A program made the translations under genes and the position numbers. DNA of 35,858 nucleotides from IMG/VR virus record IMGVR_UViG_3300005893_000001, positions 1 through 35,858 of that record; one strand, 5' to 3'. The notes under the pieces are model-generated. The model was not told the origin of the DNA, searched no databases, and was given only the letters and a program-made list of their open reading frames with translations. Of this stretch, positions 7,917 to 16,544 are shown piece after piece. How positions within the stretch are numbered: position 1 is the first letter of the stretch; every line of letters begins with the position of its first letter. Source of the stretch: a virus.

Positions 7917-8280
7917 GGGAAACCTTGTCTTACCAAAATCAGTCATCGAGAAGGGCAGAGACGATAAAGAGACACTGCTCGCACGTTTTCAGGAGTCGCT
8001 AGATGATTTTCTAACGCGACATGAAAACATGAGAGAGCCGTATTTCTTGTTCTACAAAGCCAAGTTCGATGGCCGCGACGGGTCGATATGTAGGCAGGCT
8101 TTTACAATCTACAAAGATCGAAAGCCTCCTTTCGTCCAGAACTCTTGCGTCTACTTCGTCGATAATTCTAGAGGTCTGTATGTGATGCTCTGGATGGTCG
8201 ATGAGAGAGCAAAAGTGATATTCAATACCGAAGGCGTCCAACAACTCAAGGGCATTCTTCGCAGTAGCGCCACCGGCTAA
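7888..8280 (+). CDS. Hypothetical protein (130 aa, GTG start)
   Basis: ORF in the operon context. No motif. Confidence 0.45.
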   Translation: MKTSAGWQAKGNLVLPKSVIEKGRDDKETLLARFQESLDDFLTRHENMREPYFLFYKAKFDGRDGSICRQAFTIYKDRKPPFVQNSCVYFVDNSRGLYVMLWMVDERAKVIFNTEGVQQLKGILRSSATG

Positions 8281-8329
8281 CAATCGGGTGTAAAACAATT
8301 GAGTTAGTGTCTCCAACTATAAGGGTGTT

Positions 8330-8935
8330 ATGACAGACGAAAATACCGTGGCGCAAGAAGTCACAAACGAGCTTGTTCAAGAGGCTCCTGCACAAGAGCA
8401 GGCGACTCAAGAGCAGCCGCAGGAAAGAACAGTTCCACTATCTGCACTAGAAGCAGAAAGGAAAAAAAGGCAAGAAGCGGAACTTCGAGCTTTTTACGCA
8501 GAGCAACAGAGGACGGCGCAGCCGCCTCAGCAAAAAGAAGACGATAACGAGGACGATTATACACGACAGTTGAAGGCCTCTTTGCTGAGTAAGATCAAAG
8601 AAGAGAACCGTCGCGATCGTGAACAAGAGTTTTTAAGACGTAATCCGGATGCTGTCTCTCGTATAGAAGCCGAACTCCCAGAAATATTGAAAAAACGCCC
8701 CTCACTTGCTTATGCGATTCAAAACGCAGACAACAAGTATGAGGAGGCTATGGCAATAATTGAGGATTACTCTACGAGGAAAAACGACACTCAGAAGAGA
8801 ATCGAGGCGAATAGCATGAAGCCCGGAACTCCCACAGGAGCCGCGAAAGCAGCGAAAATGGGAAAGGCCGAGATGATTGCTAATATGAATTCGAGCGATT
8901 TTCATCAGTGGAGGAAGCAGATTCGTAAGAGGTAA
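8330..8935 (+). CDS. Putative scaffolding protein
   Basis: Acidic, Q/E-rich, helical 201-aa protein directly upstream of the major capsid gene. Confidence 0.6.
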   Translation: MTDENTVAQEVTNELVQEAPAQEQATQEQPQERTVPLSALEAERKKRQEAELRAFYAEQQRTAQPPQQKEDDNEDDYTRQLKASLLSKIKEENRRDREQEFLRRNPDAVSRIEAELPEILKKRPSLAYAIQNADNKYEEAMAIIEDYSTRKNDTQKRIEANSMKPGTPTGAAKAAKMGKAEMIANMNSSDFHQWRKQIRKR

Positions 8936-8951
8936 TCCATGAGGATTAAAC

Positions 8952-9890
8952 ATGGCAGTTACCACCACAACACAATTGAACCCGAACCCGTCGAATTATT
9001 TCGACAGAGTTCTTTGGGATCGCGAAAAACGTTTCGACGTTTATAACCTCTTCGGTCAAGTCCGCAGACTTCCGATGAAGAACTCCAAAACGCTTACTGT
9101 AAGACGTTTTGACAACCTCGATGACACCCCGGCGGTGCTCACCGAAGGCGTTACACCAGCACTCGAAACCGTAACAAAAGCTGACGTTAATATCGTCATC
9201 CAAGAGTTCGGTAAAGTTGTTGCTCTCACAGACCAAGTTATCATTGAAGACCAATCAGACGATGCTAACGAAGTCGCAGACATGCTCTCTCAGAACATGT
9301 TTGAGATGCTCGACAAAGTAACACGTAATACACTCGCAGCGACAAGCACCCAATTTGACGCGGTAAACGGTGTAAACGGCCTAACGCCAACAGAAATTAC
9401 TCTTGCAGATCAGGACGTAGTTGTTGATTGGCTACTTGGTAACAGTGGTAAGCGCTTTACCCCGGATATTCGTGGTACACTCGCTTTCGGTTCTAACCCT
9501 GTAGAAGCGGCTTTTTGGGCAATTATCTCTACGGATCTCCGTAAAGACGTTCGTTCATTAGCTCCTTTCTTCCCTGTATCTCAATACCCACGCGACGAAG
9601 CTCTTCAATCAGAACTTGGTTCTGTTGACGAAGTACGCTATGTAATGACATCAGCCGGATATAAAACATCAGGCGATCCAGATATCTATTACAACATGTA
9701 CTTTGCACAAAACGCGTACGGTATCGCAGATATCGACGAAGTCGCAACCGAGATGATTATAAAGCCTCTTGGATGGGGTGAAGACTACCTAAACCAACGT
9801 CAAACGATGGGTTGGAAAGGCTTCTTCGGCGCTGCTGTTGTAGTAGACGAATGGATGGCTGTTCTCCGTTGTACAAAGTCTGACGGATAA
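8952..9890 (+). CDS. Major capsid protein (HK97 fold, N4-gp56-like type)
   Basis: N-terminus MAVTTTTQLNPNPSNYFDRVLWDREKRFDVYNLFGQVRRLPMKNSKTLTVRRFDNLDDTPAVLTEGVTPA follows the pattern of this capsid family. Follows the scaffold gene. Confidence 0.85.
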   Translation: MAVTTTTQLNPNPSNYFDRVLWDREKRFDVYNLFGQVRRLPMKNSKTLTVRRFDNLDDTPAVLTEGVTPALETVTKADVNIVIQEFGKVVALTDQVIIEDQSDDANEVADMLSQNMFEMLDKVTRNTLAATSTQFDAVNGVNGLTPTEITLADQDVVVDWLLGNSGKRFTPDIRGTLAFGSNPVEAAFWAIISTDLRKDVRSLAPFFPVSQYPRDEALQSELGSVDEVRYVMTSAGYKTSGDPDIYYNMYFAQNAYGIADIDEVATEMIIKPLGWGEDYLNQRQTMGWKGFFGAAVVVDEWMAVLRCTKSDG

Positions 9891-9902
9891 GGAGAAAAAA
9901 AA

Positions 9903-10598
9903 ATGGCAAATTTCAATCTTAACTATACAAATACCTACGCGGGAACGTTCATCGCGACCGGATCGGCAGTGTCTTTATCGCTTCCGTTCGCACCCGATGC
10001 ACTTTTCCTATACAACTACACCAAATCGGGAACTGCTGGACAGTCTCCGGTTGCAGTGTGGTTTGATGGATTCCCGGCAGGTGACGCGATCGTGATGAAA
10101 GTCATCGCGGACAACGGCGCAACAGGCAACCAGAACTTGAACCTTGAGACAACTAACGGCGTAACCGATGCATCTACTGCAGCAGGCGTAACCGCTTCTC
10201 AAGTGACAATTACTGGTGCTACAGCCGCTAACCCTTGCGTTATTACAGCAGCATCTCACGGCCTTTCTACTGGTGATCGTATCACCATCACGAAAGTTCT
10301 TGGTATGACTGAACTGAACGCGCCAGAGAGAAACCCATATGTTGTAACTGTACTGTCTTCAAGCACTTTCAGCATTGCAGACATCTACGGAAACGACATC
10401 AATTCAACTTCCTTCACAGCTTATAGCTCTGGTGGACAGTTGAACAAGACGGGACTAGCGGCAAACTTCGAATACCTTGCACCTACCTATGCGCTTACGC
10501 TTGGTACAGCAGTTGCAGGTAACGATTCCGATGTTTTCTACTTCATTGCTTACAGCTTTGGAGCCTTTGAGAACCTAGGCGACGCTGCTAACTTCTAG
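9903..10598 (+). CDS. Putative capsid decoration / head-fibre protein
   Basis: Strong SD (AAGGAG), directly after the capsid gene. Contains the module TITGATAANPCVITAASHGLSTGDRITITKVLGMTELN...YSSGGQL, which is also present in the 719-aa tail protein. Confidence 0.45.
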   Translation: MANFNLNYTNTYAGTFIATGSAVSLSLPFAPDALFLYNYTKSGTAGQSPVAVWFDGFPAGDAIVMKVIADNGATGNQNLNLETTNGVTDASTAAGVTASQVTITGATAANPCVITAASHGLSTGDRITITKVLGMTELNAPERNPYVVTVLSSSTFSIADIYGNDINSTSFTAYSSGGQLNKTGLAANFEYLAPTYALTLGTAVAGNDSDVFYFIAYSFGAFENLGDAANF

Positions 10599-10612
10599 AA
10601 TTAAACAATGAT

Positions 10613-10633
10613 GAGGGGGTGAAATGCCCCCTC
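10613..10633 (+). other. GC stem-loop after the capsid/decoration genes (no T-run)
   Basis: GAGGGGG-TGAAATG-CCCCCTC. Likely a partial terminator or mRNA stabiliser. Confidence 0.45.
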
Positions 10634-10649
10634 AAATAGGAAAAAAGAT

Positions 10650-11099
10650 ATGGCTAGACCACGAAAGAACTTATTCGAGACTACAAGCGCAGACACTCTC
10701 GCAGGAGAGCTTGTGAAGCGCGCTGAACGCGTCAACTTAGAGGATATGCCTCTAGAGAAACCAGACGATTACAGAGCCTACAATGAAGAAGCGAGAAGAC
10801 AGAAGAAGCAGGTTAAATTCATTCCCGATGACATGTTTCCTAAGACAAAAGTCCGTTTCGTCCGTATGGATGGACAGGCCGGAAACCCCCTTCATGTTAG
10901 ATGGAGAGACGCAAAGACGCTGATCGACTTCGACCGCACGCTTAAAGATGGCGAAGAAGTTGAGCTTCCCAACGTAGTCATTGATTACCTTAACAACAAA
11001 AAGATTCCCAAGTATAAACAAGTCAAGTACCCGGACGGATCGGCAGAGACGGTGCTCTCTCACTACGATCACAGGTTTACTTGCCAAATGGTGCTATAG
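10650..11099 (+). CDS. Hypothetical virion-module protein (149 aa)
   Basis: ORF in the structural operon. No motif. Confidence 0.5.
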   Translation: MARPRKNLFETTSADTLAGELVKRAERVNLEDMPLEKPDDYRAYNEEARRQKKQVKFIPDDMFPKTKVRFVRMDGQAGNPLHVRWRDAKTLIDFDRTLKDGEEVELPNVVIDYLNNKKIPKYKQVKYPDGSAETVLSHYDHRFTCQMVL

Positions 11100-11753
11100 A
11101 TGATTACCAAGACGCTGCAAGATTCGCTAGACATCATGAAGAAGGTGATCGGTGAGCAAGGGTCGCAAGATCCCAACGCCTCCGATGATGTGCTATTTGA
11201 TTACATCGTGGATTTTGTAAGTCTGATCATGCCTCAAGATATAAAGGTGTATGAAAATTACACCTTTTTTGAGTTCGATACCGTCGCCGACCAAGACGAA
11301 TACCCGATGGGTGTCGCTCCTTTACCTCTTGACACGTTCACGAACTTAGAGCCTCCCGCTTTCATCGGTATTCAAAAGATGTGGTACTACCAAGACCCCA
11401 ATGCGTTTTATACGAAATGGCCTCTTGATACCACCAATCTTGGAACAGGAAAGCCAACTGACTTGCTCTTTTGGGACAACAAAATAACCCTTCGCACCGT
11501 CCCTAATGACGTTTACACAATCCGCATCGTAGGCTACAAACAGAAGGGCGACGTTGACGAACACACCGACAACATCTATGAGGCTTACTGGTGGAGATAT
11601 ATCGCCTACGGGGCTGCAATTGATTGGCTAAGCGACTTTGGACAGATAGAAGAGGCAATGAAAATAGCGCCAGCTTTTGAGCGCTACAGAAGCCTTGTAA
11701 CACGTAGAACAGCAATACAATACTCAACCCAAGTGCCATACTTGGCCATCTAG
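11100..11753 (+). CDS. Putative head-tail adaptor / tail tubular A-like protein (by synteny only)
   Basis: 217 aa in the position equivalent to podovirus adaptor genes. Confidence 0.4.
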   Translation: MITKTLQDSLDIMKKVIGEQGSQDPNASDDVLFDYIVDFVSLIMPQDIKVYENYTFFEFDTVADQDEYPMGVAPLPLDTFTNLEPPAFIGIQKMWYYQDPNAFYTKWPLDTTNLGTGKPTDLLFWDNKITLRTVPNDVYTIRIVGYKQKGDVDEHTDNIYEAYWWRYIAYGAAIDWLSDFGQIEEAMKIAPAFERYRSLVTRRTAIQYSTQVPYLAI

Positions 11754-11761
11754 GAGACAAA

Positions 11762-12376
11762 ATGCCTTGGAATAATCCCGTTATCAACGGCTCTAACTCA
11801 GTATCTTCTAACAAGACACCTCTTAACCAGAACTCAGCCTACATCGAAACGACTCAGCAGGTGGATCACTTCTGGGATAACGGAAACTCAAACTATGACG
11901 GCCATCACGATGTCATTGAGTCAATATCTCAATCGGGAACGCCAACGCTTTCAACCGACATGACCTCTGCAATGTGGTCAAAAGACATCGCTCAGCCAGC
12001 TAGAGCTACCGACCTTACAGAGCCTTACTATAGAGGAAAGTTCGGAGGAAGCACATTTATCTCTCAGTTCGGACTTGTGCGTGCTATGGTCAATTTTGAT
12101 GGCCGTGGAACGAACGGAGCTGCAACGGTAAACTACAGCTATAATGTGTCCGGTGTTTCTCGTACAGGGACAGGAGTATATGTTGTAACCTTTACAACAG
12201 CGCTTCCCTCTGCTTCCTATGTTCCATGTCTTTTCAGCTTTAAATCCGGAAACAAACTATCTCCTTACACAGAGACAGCCTTTGCAACTGGAACTTTTAC
12301 GATTAAAAATGCCGACTTCAACACAGGTTCAGAAACAGACCCAACCGTTTGCACATTGGTAATTTTCGGTGGATAG
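11762..12376 (+). CDS. Hypothetical virion protein (204 aa)
   Basis: SD AGGAGA. Structural operon. Confidence 0.5.
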   Translation: MPWNNPVINGSNSVSSNKTPLNQNSAYIETTQQVDHFWDNGNSNYDGHHDVIESISQSGTPTLSTDMTSAMWSKDIAQPARATDLTEPYYRGKFGGSTFISQFGLVRAMVNFDGRGTNGAATVNYSYNVSGVSRTGTGVYVVTFTTALPSASYVPCLFSFKSGNKLSPYTETAFATGTFTIKNADFNTGSETDPTVCTLVIFGG

Positions 12377-14528
12377 ATACCTGATAGCTAACTATGGAAC
12401 GGGTCAAGATAAAGAGCGCGAGCCGTGGCTTCTTCCGAAGGATGCTTTCACTACTTTGACCAATGGCTATACATATAGAGGTGTCCTTCAGCCAAGGAAA
12501 GGGATTTCTGAACTTGGAAAGCTGAAGTGCATGACTGCTGTTGCGACTGTCAACAACACGGGCGTTTTGCCAGCTGTAGCATTAACGGGTCTTACTCTTC
12601 CATCTAGGGGTTCTATCCGCATTGTGGACGCTTCAGGAGCTTTCCTAGTCATCATTGGAGATGACAATACTTTCGAAGGTGACTTCGTAGCAGCTTCCGA
12701 TGCGATCGACAGAGTCGCAGGTACCATCTCTTTTACTTGGGACGGAGCGGCAACAGATGACCCAACGATCCAGTATCAAGAAGAGTGTGACGATCCAGTC
12801 ATGGGTCTTTTCAATTACGTAGCAAATGACAACTCTAGAACTTCTATAGGGATGAACACCGACTATGTTAGCAAATATCGTTCTGGTACAAACGATTATG
12901 TTGTCCTTTCTTTTAGTGCTGCTGCTGGTGCTGCTGCACTTAGTGGTGATGAGACAGATTTCTTTTCAGGGTGTATGTACCCCGACGCTGATGGAAATCC
13001 GCGCCTTGTGTTCGTCAATAACGTCAATGTCCCGCTCTTTTATAGCGAAAGCGTTTCATCTTCTACGATATTTAAATATAACAACACTACAGACAACCCG
13101 GACTATCAAGCTCCTGCTGCTGGTATTGGCGGTGAAATTGTCTCAGCACTTCACATATTTTACTTTGGTGAGAGACTTGTTTTTATAAAGCCTCAGCTCA
13201 CAACAAGAAGCTACTCAACGGGATATCTTTATAGCGCCATCAACGATGCTTCGGGAACTGGAGATAAGTTCAACTCGCCGGGTGCAGGTCTAAACATATT
13301 GCCCGATGAAACACCCATCACAGGCGCAACCCTGATGGGCGACCGTCTGATAATCTTCACTCAAAGGAACATTTGGGAGGTTACATCAACCCAAAACGCA
13401 GATCTTCCTTTCCGCCAGCGTCGCATCATGGATTCCGATTTTGACATGACGACGGGCGCATATTCAGTCATTAATAATCTTGGCCTCGTCTATGGATTTG
13501 GATTTTGGGGGCTGTTTGCATCGGACGGCAGGCAGTCTCAGAGATTTGACAACAAGCTACCTTTCTTCACACGTAACGAAGTCTTTTCAGACAAAATACC
13601 CCTATCTAATGCGGGTTCTGTCCAAGAAGCGTCTCAACTATGGTGGACTTATCCATCTAATGAAGTTGAGGAAGCGGTAGACTTTTGCGATAGGGTTCTT
13701 ACCTACAACTTTGAAGAGTCTTCCTTTTCGCAATATGACCTACCATTGACCACTTTCGGAGACTTTAGGCAACTGGATTATGTCCCGTGGGACGATGTTA
13801 ACGAGAACTATGGCCCGGGGTTTGAGCATTGGGCCGAGTGGGATACAACAGACGAGATTTGGGACTCTTGGCTATGGGATTCAGGCTCCTATACCTCTAT
13901 TGCAGGCGACCAGCTAGGAAACGTCTATCTTCTTGAGTCTGGAACAAATGACTGGACAGCGACTATTACAGGTATCACGGCAGCCAATCCAGCGGTGATT
14001 ACTGTGGACTCAGTTTTCATGTTCAAAGTGGGCGATTGTCTACGTATAAGCGATGTTACAGGCTACGAGGTAGATAGCGAGTCAATTGTCAATGGTCTTA
14101 CATTCACAGTCACAGCAGTAGGCGCGACAACTCTAACGATCAACCTAGACGGTTCGGCAGCCTCTGCTTACACGTCTGGAGGGTATCTATCACGCCTCTA
14201 CAATTTCAAATGTCTCACCAAGGACTTGAACCCATATGCTGAGCAAAACCAGCGCTGCAGGCTTCTAAAGCTTTGGTTTTATGTCGATGCGAACACCGAC
14301 AACTTCCTTCTAGACTTCTACAAAGATGATATGGATCAGCCCTACCGAATCGACGTTGTTCTAGATACCTCAGACGATCGTGAGCAGATCTCTAAAAAAT
14401 GGGTGCCTATATCGGTTGGAACGATCGGCAGCTTCCACCGCGTAGGTATCCGCCAAGAGTGCATTCAGAATCCCGGTAAGATTCACGCTATGATGATGAT
14501 GACTACACCATCGGGGAGACTCTACTAA
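12369..14528 (+). CDS. Putative tail nozzle / tail tubular B-like protein (by size and synteny)
   Basis: 719 aa with a GTG start overlapping the upstream stop. Carries ITGITAANPAVITVDS...VGDCLRISDVTG...YTSGGYL, shared with 9903..10598. Confidence 0.45.
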   Translation: MDRYLIANYGTGQDKEREPWLLPKDAFTTLTNGYTYRGVLQPRKGISELGKLKCMTAVATVNNTGVLPAVALTGLTLPSRGSIRIVDASGAFLVIIGDDNTFEGDFVAASDAIDRVAGTISFTWDGAATDDPTIQYQEECDDPVMGLFNYVANDNSRTSIGMNTDYVSKYRSGTNDYVVLSFSAAAGAAALSGDETDFFSGCMYPDADGNPRLVFVNNVNVPLFYSESVSSSTIFKYNNTTDNPDYQAPAAGIGGEIVSALHIFYFGERLVFIKPQLTTRSYSTGYLYSAINDASGTGDKFNSPGAGLNILPDETPITGATLMGDRLIIFTQRNIWEVTSTQNADLPFRQRRIMDSDFDMTTGAYSVINNLGLVYGFGFWGLFASDGRQSQRFDNKLPFFTRNEVFSDKIPLSNAGSVQEASQLWWTYPSNEVEEAVDFCDRVLTYNFEESSFSQYDLPLTTFGDFRQLDYVPWDDVNENYGPGFEHWAEWDTTDEIWDSWLWDSGSYTSIAGDQLGNVYLLESGTNDWTATITGITAANPAVITVDSVFMFKVGDCLRISDVTGYEVDSESIVNGLTFTVTAVGATTLTINLDGSAASAYTSGGYLSRLYNFKCLTKDLNPYAEQNQRCRLLKLWFYVDANTDNFLLDFYKDDMDQPYRIDVVLDTSDDREQISKKWVPISVGTIGSFHRVGIRQECIQNPGKIHAMMMMTTPSGRLY

Positions 14529-14815
14529 TGGGAATTGTCAATGAAGACCTGAACCTTGGAGCCGTAGACGACTCGCTAGAAAAACCTGTATTAGATCAGT
14601 TCACTACGTTATATAATAATCTAGAGGATCAGTGGAACCAGCAAGCGATTGAGATCAACGTAAAGGCGGACGTTGTTCTAACAGACAGAGCGCCAGCAGC
14701 GACAGATATAAGGCAACGTGGCACGATCTGGATCGACACAACCACAGACGAAGCATGGCTTGCAACGTCGAAAAGTTCGCCCACTAACGTAACGTGGAGC
14801 CAATTCTTACCTTAA
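14528..14815 (+). CDS. Small virion protein (95 aa) with fibre-anchor-like motif
   Basis: TAATG coupling. GTIWIDTTTDEAWLATS...VTWSQF resembles the N-termini of the fibre proteins at 19211 and 23882. Confidence 0.5.
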   Translation: MGIVNEDLNLGAVDDSLEKPVLDQFTTLYNNLEDQWNQQAIEINVKADVVLTDRAPAATDIRQRGTIWIDTTTDEAWLATSKSSPTNVTWSQFLP

Positions 14816-14823
14816 GGAACGAT

Positions 14824-15402
14824 ATGCAATTTTTACCCTTAGCACTTCAAGCAGCTTCTCTAGGAGCGCAATATTTAGGAAGAAATAAACAGCCGGATCA
14901 ATTTTCGACCGTCAACCCTCAGCAACAAGAATTACTTCAGCAGCTTCTTTCTGGTGTGCAGGGCCAAGGTGGGTCTTTCGGCTATCTGAATCCCCAGACG
15001 CAGTCGCAGAACTTCCAGCAATATGTCGCTGATCCCACGATGCAGCGCTTCATGAATAGAACAGTTCCCGGAATCCAGCAAAAATATGCAGGAATCGGAC
15101 AGCTTAGAGGTACTAATGCGGGCGACGATATTCTTCGTTCAGGCGCAGACATTGAAAGCGAGCTAGCAAGATTGCAATTTCAGGCAATGCAGGGATCGCA
15201 GGAGCAGGGTTTACAAGCAGCTCTAGGGCTTCTAAACAAGCCTCTATTCAACCAGAACCTAACACCTGAATCAGATCCTCTCAATGACATCCTGAAGGGC
15301 TTTTCAAGCGGTTTGCCTAACTCTCTCACTCAGCTTCTCAGTCAGTTTACAAGGCCATCAGGCGGCGGAATGTCACAACCTAATCAAACCACGGTGGGAT
15401 AA
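14824..15402 (+). CDS. Q-rich putative internal virion/ejection protein
   Basis: ATG with AAGGAA SD (the track ORF begins at a GTG at 14794). Q/G/L-rich low-complexity sequence. Confidence 0.45.
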   Translation: MQFLPLALQAASLGAQYLGRNKQPDQFSTVNPQQQELLQQLLSGVQGQGGSFGYLNPQTQSQNFQQYVADPTMQRFMNRTVPGIQQKYAGIGQLRGTNAGDDILRSGADIESELARLQFQAMQGSQEQGLQAALGLLNKPLFNQNLTPESDPLNDILKGFSSGLPNSLTQLLSQFTRPSGGGMSQPNQTTVG

Positions 15403-16544
15403 TGTTTTTCCAAAGACCACAAGATCCATTTTACCAGAATCTAGGCGCTGGTTTCGCTCAAGGACTGAATCAGGTTACGCAGCAGAACCAAGAGCAAGAG
15501 GCGATAAACCGCATCCTACAGCAGCAGCAACAAGGGGGCGACTATCTTACCTCTATCCTGCAGAGCTATCTTCCTCAAGAGAAAAAGACGCAACTCTTGT
15601 CAGACGTAGGCCAGTATCAGCAGCGTCAAGGCGACACAGCAGCTAAGTTTGCAGAGATTCAAAGAAAACAACAGGAATCTCAAGCGAAGCTTCAGCAAGA
15701 GCAAACGACATCACAAGCTCAGGACAAATTCCTTGAGAGTATGGGTTATGACACAGAGACTATTAAGAATCTTGACCCTGTTACCAAGCGCTCTATCATT
15801 GGAAACGTGACGAAGAAAGAAGAAAACTCACCTTCTAATGTTGTAGCAGGGGAGCTTCTTAAGAAAGATCTAACGTCATATGACTCAGCAGTAAACGAAG
15901 CTAATCGCGGACAAAAGATCATTGATTTAGCCAATAAGCCTGGAACCTCTGTTGGCTCGATGAGAGGGGCTGTTAGTACTGCTCTTTCTACTATTGGTTT
16001 TGATGACTTAGCTAAAGCAGTACAAAACGCAGATGCAGCACAGCTTGAAAGACTCGTTGTTGAAGGCGCTCCAGAGCTTAAGCAGACCTTCGGAGCAAGG
16101 GTAACCAACTTTGACTATGACAAATGGCTTTCTGGACAGCCCGGAAGTAAGAGAACGCAAGCCGCAAACGTTGCGCTTGGTATTCTTACCCGTAACAAAG
16201 GGCTGATGCAACAAGAGATCTTCAACGAAATTCAGAAGATTGCAGGATTGCCCGGCCAAGAGTTCATTCAAAGACGAGCTGAAATTGTTCAGAATGTCCG
16301 CAACAAGTGGGATCAGAAGACAGAGCAAGATCTGATTGAAGCTCAAGGCGGAAAGAAAGAAAGCTCTAAGGACAATTTCAAAGATGCAAATATTGAACTT
16401 CTAACGACATTGAAAATTTCTCCTACAAGATATAATTTCAGCGAAAAGGGCGAAATAATTTTGCCTCCTAATGTGCCTGATGAAGAAATTGCAGAGTTTG
16501 AAAAACAGGGTTTCAAGATAAAGAAATTGGGTAAGAAGAAATGA
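15402..16544 (+). CDS. Q-rich putative internal virion/ejection protein (380 aa)
   Basis: TAATG coupling. QQNQEQEAINRILQQQQQGG and a helical composition. Confidence 0.45.
   Translation: MFFQRPQDPFYQNLGAGFAQGLNQVTQQNQEQEAINRILQQQQQGGDYLTSILQSYLPQEKKTQLLSDVGQYQQRQGDTAAKFAEIQRKQQESQAKLQQEQTTSQAQDKFLESMGYDTETIKNLDPVTKRSIIGNVTKKEENSPSNVVAGELLKKDLTSYDSAVNEANRGQKIIDLANKPGTSVGSMRGAVSTALSTIGFDDLAKAVQNADAAQLERLVVEGAPELKQTFGARVTNFDYDKWLSGQPGSKRTQAANVALGILTRNKGLMQQEIFNEIQKIAGLPGQEFIQRRAEIVQNVRNKWDQKTEQDLIEAQGGKKESSKDNFKDANIELLTTLKISPTRYNFSEKGEIILPPNVPDEEIAEFEKQGFKIKKLGKKK

Noticed and set aside
12865-13188. Leucine-rich plus-strand ORF 12865..13188 and similar off-frame ORFs (13480..13680, 24633..24836, 22779..22976)
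   Set aside because: They lie on the same strand but out of frame inside long, well-supported structural genes. They have low-complexity L-rich composition and no SD.
14489-14500. Run of four consecutive ATG codons (MMMM) near the 3' end of the 719-aa gene
   Set aside because: It is in frame within a continuous ORF and has no associated SD or structure. It is most simply a sequence quirk rather than an internal start or a recoding signal.
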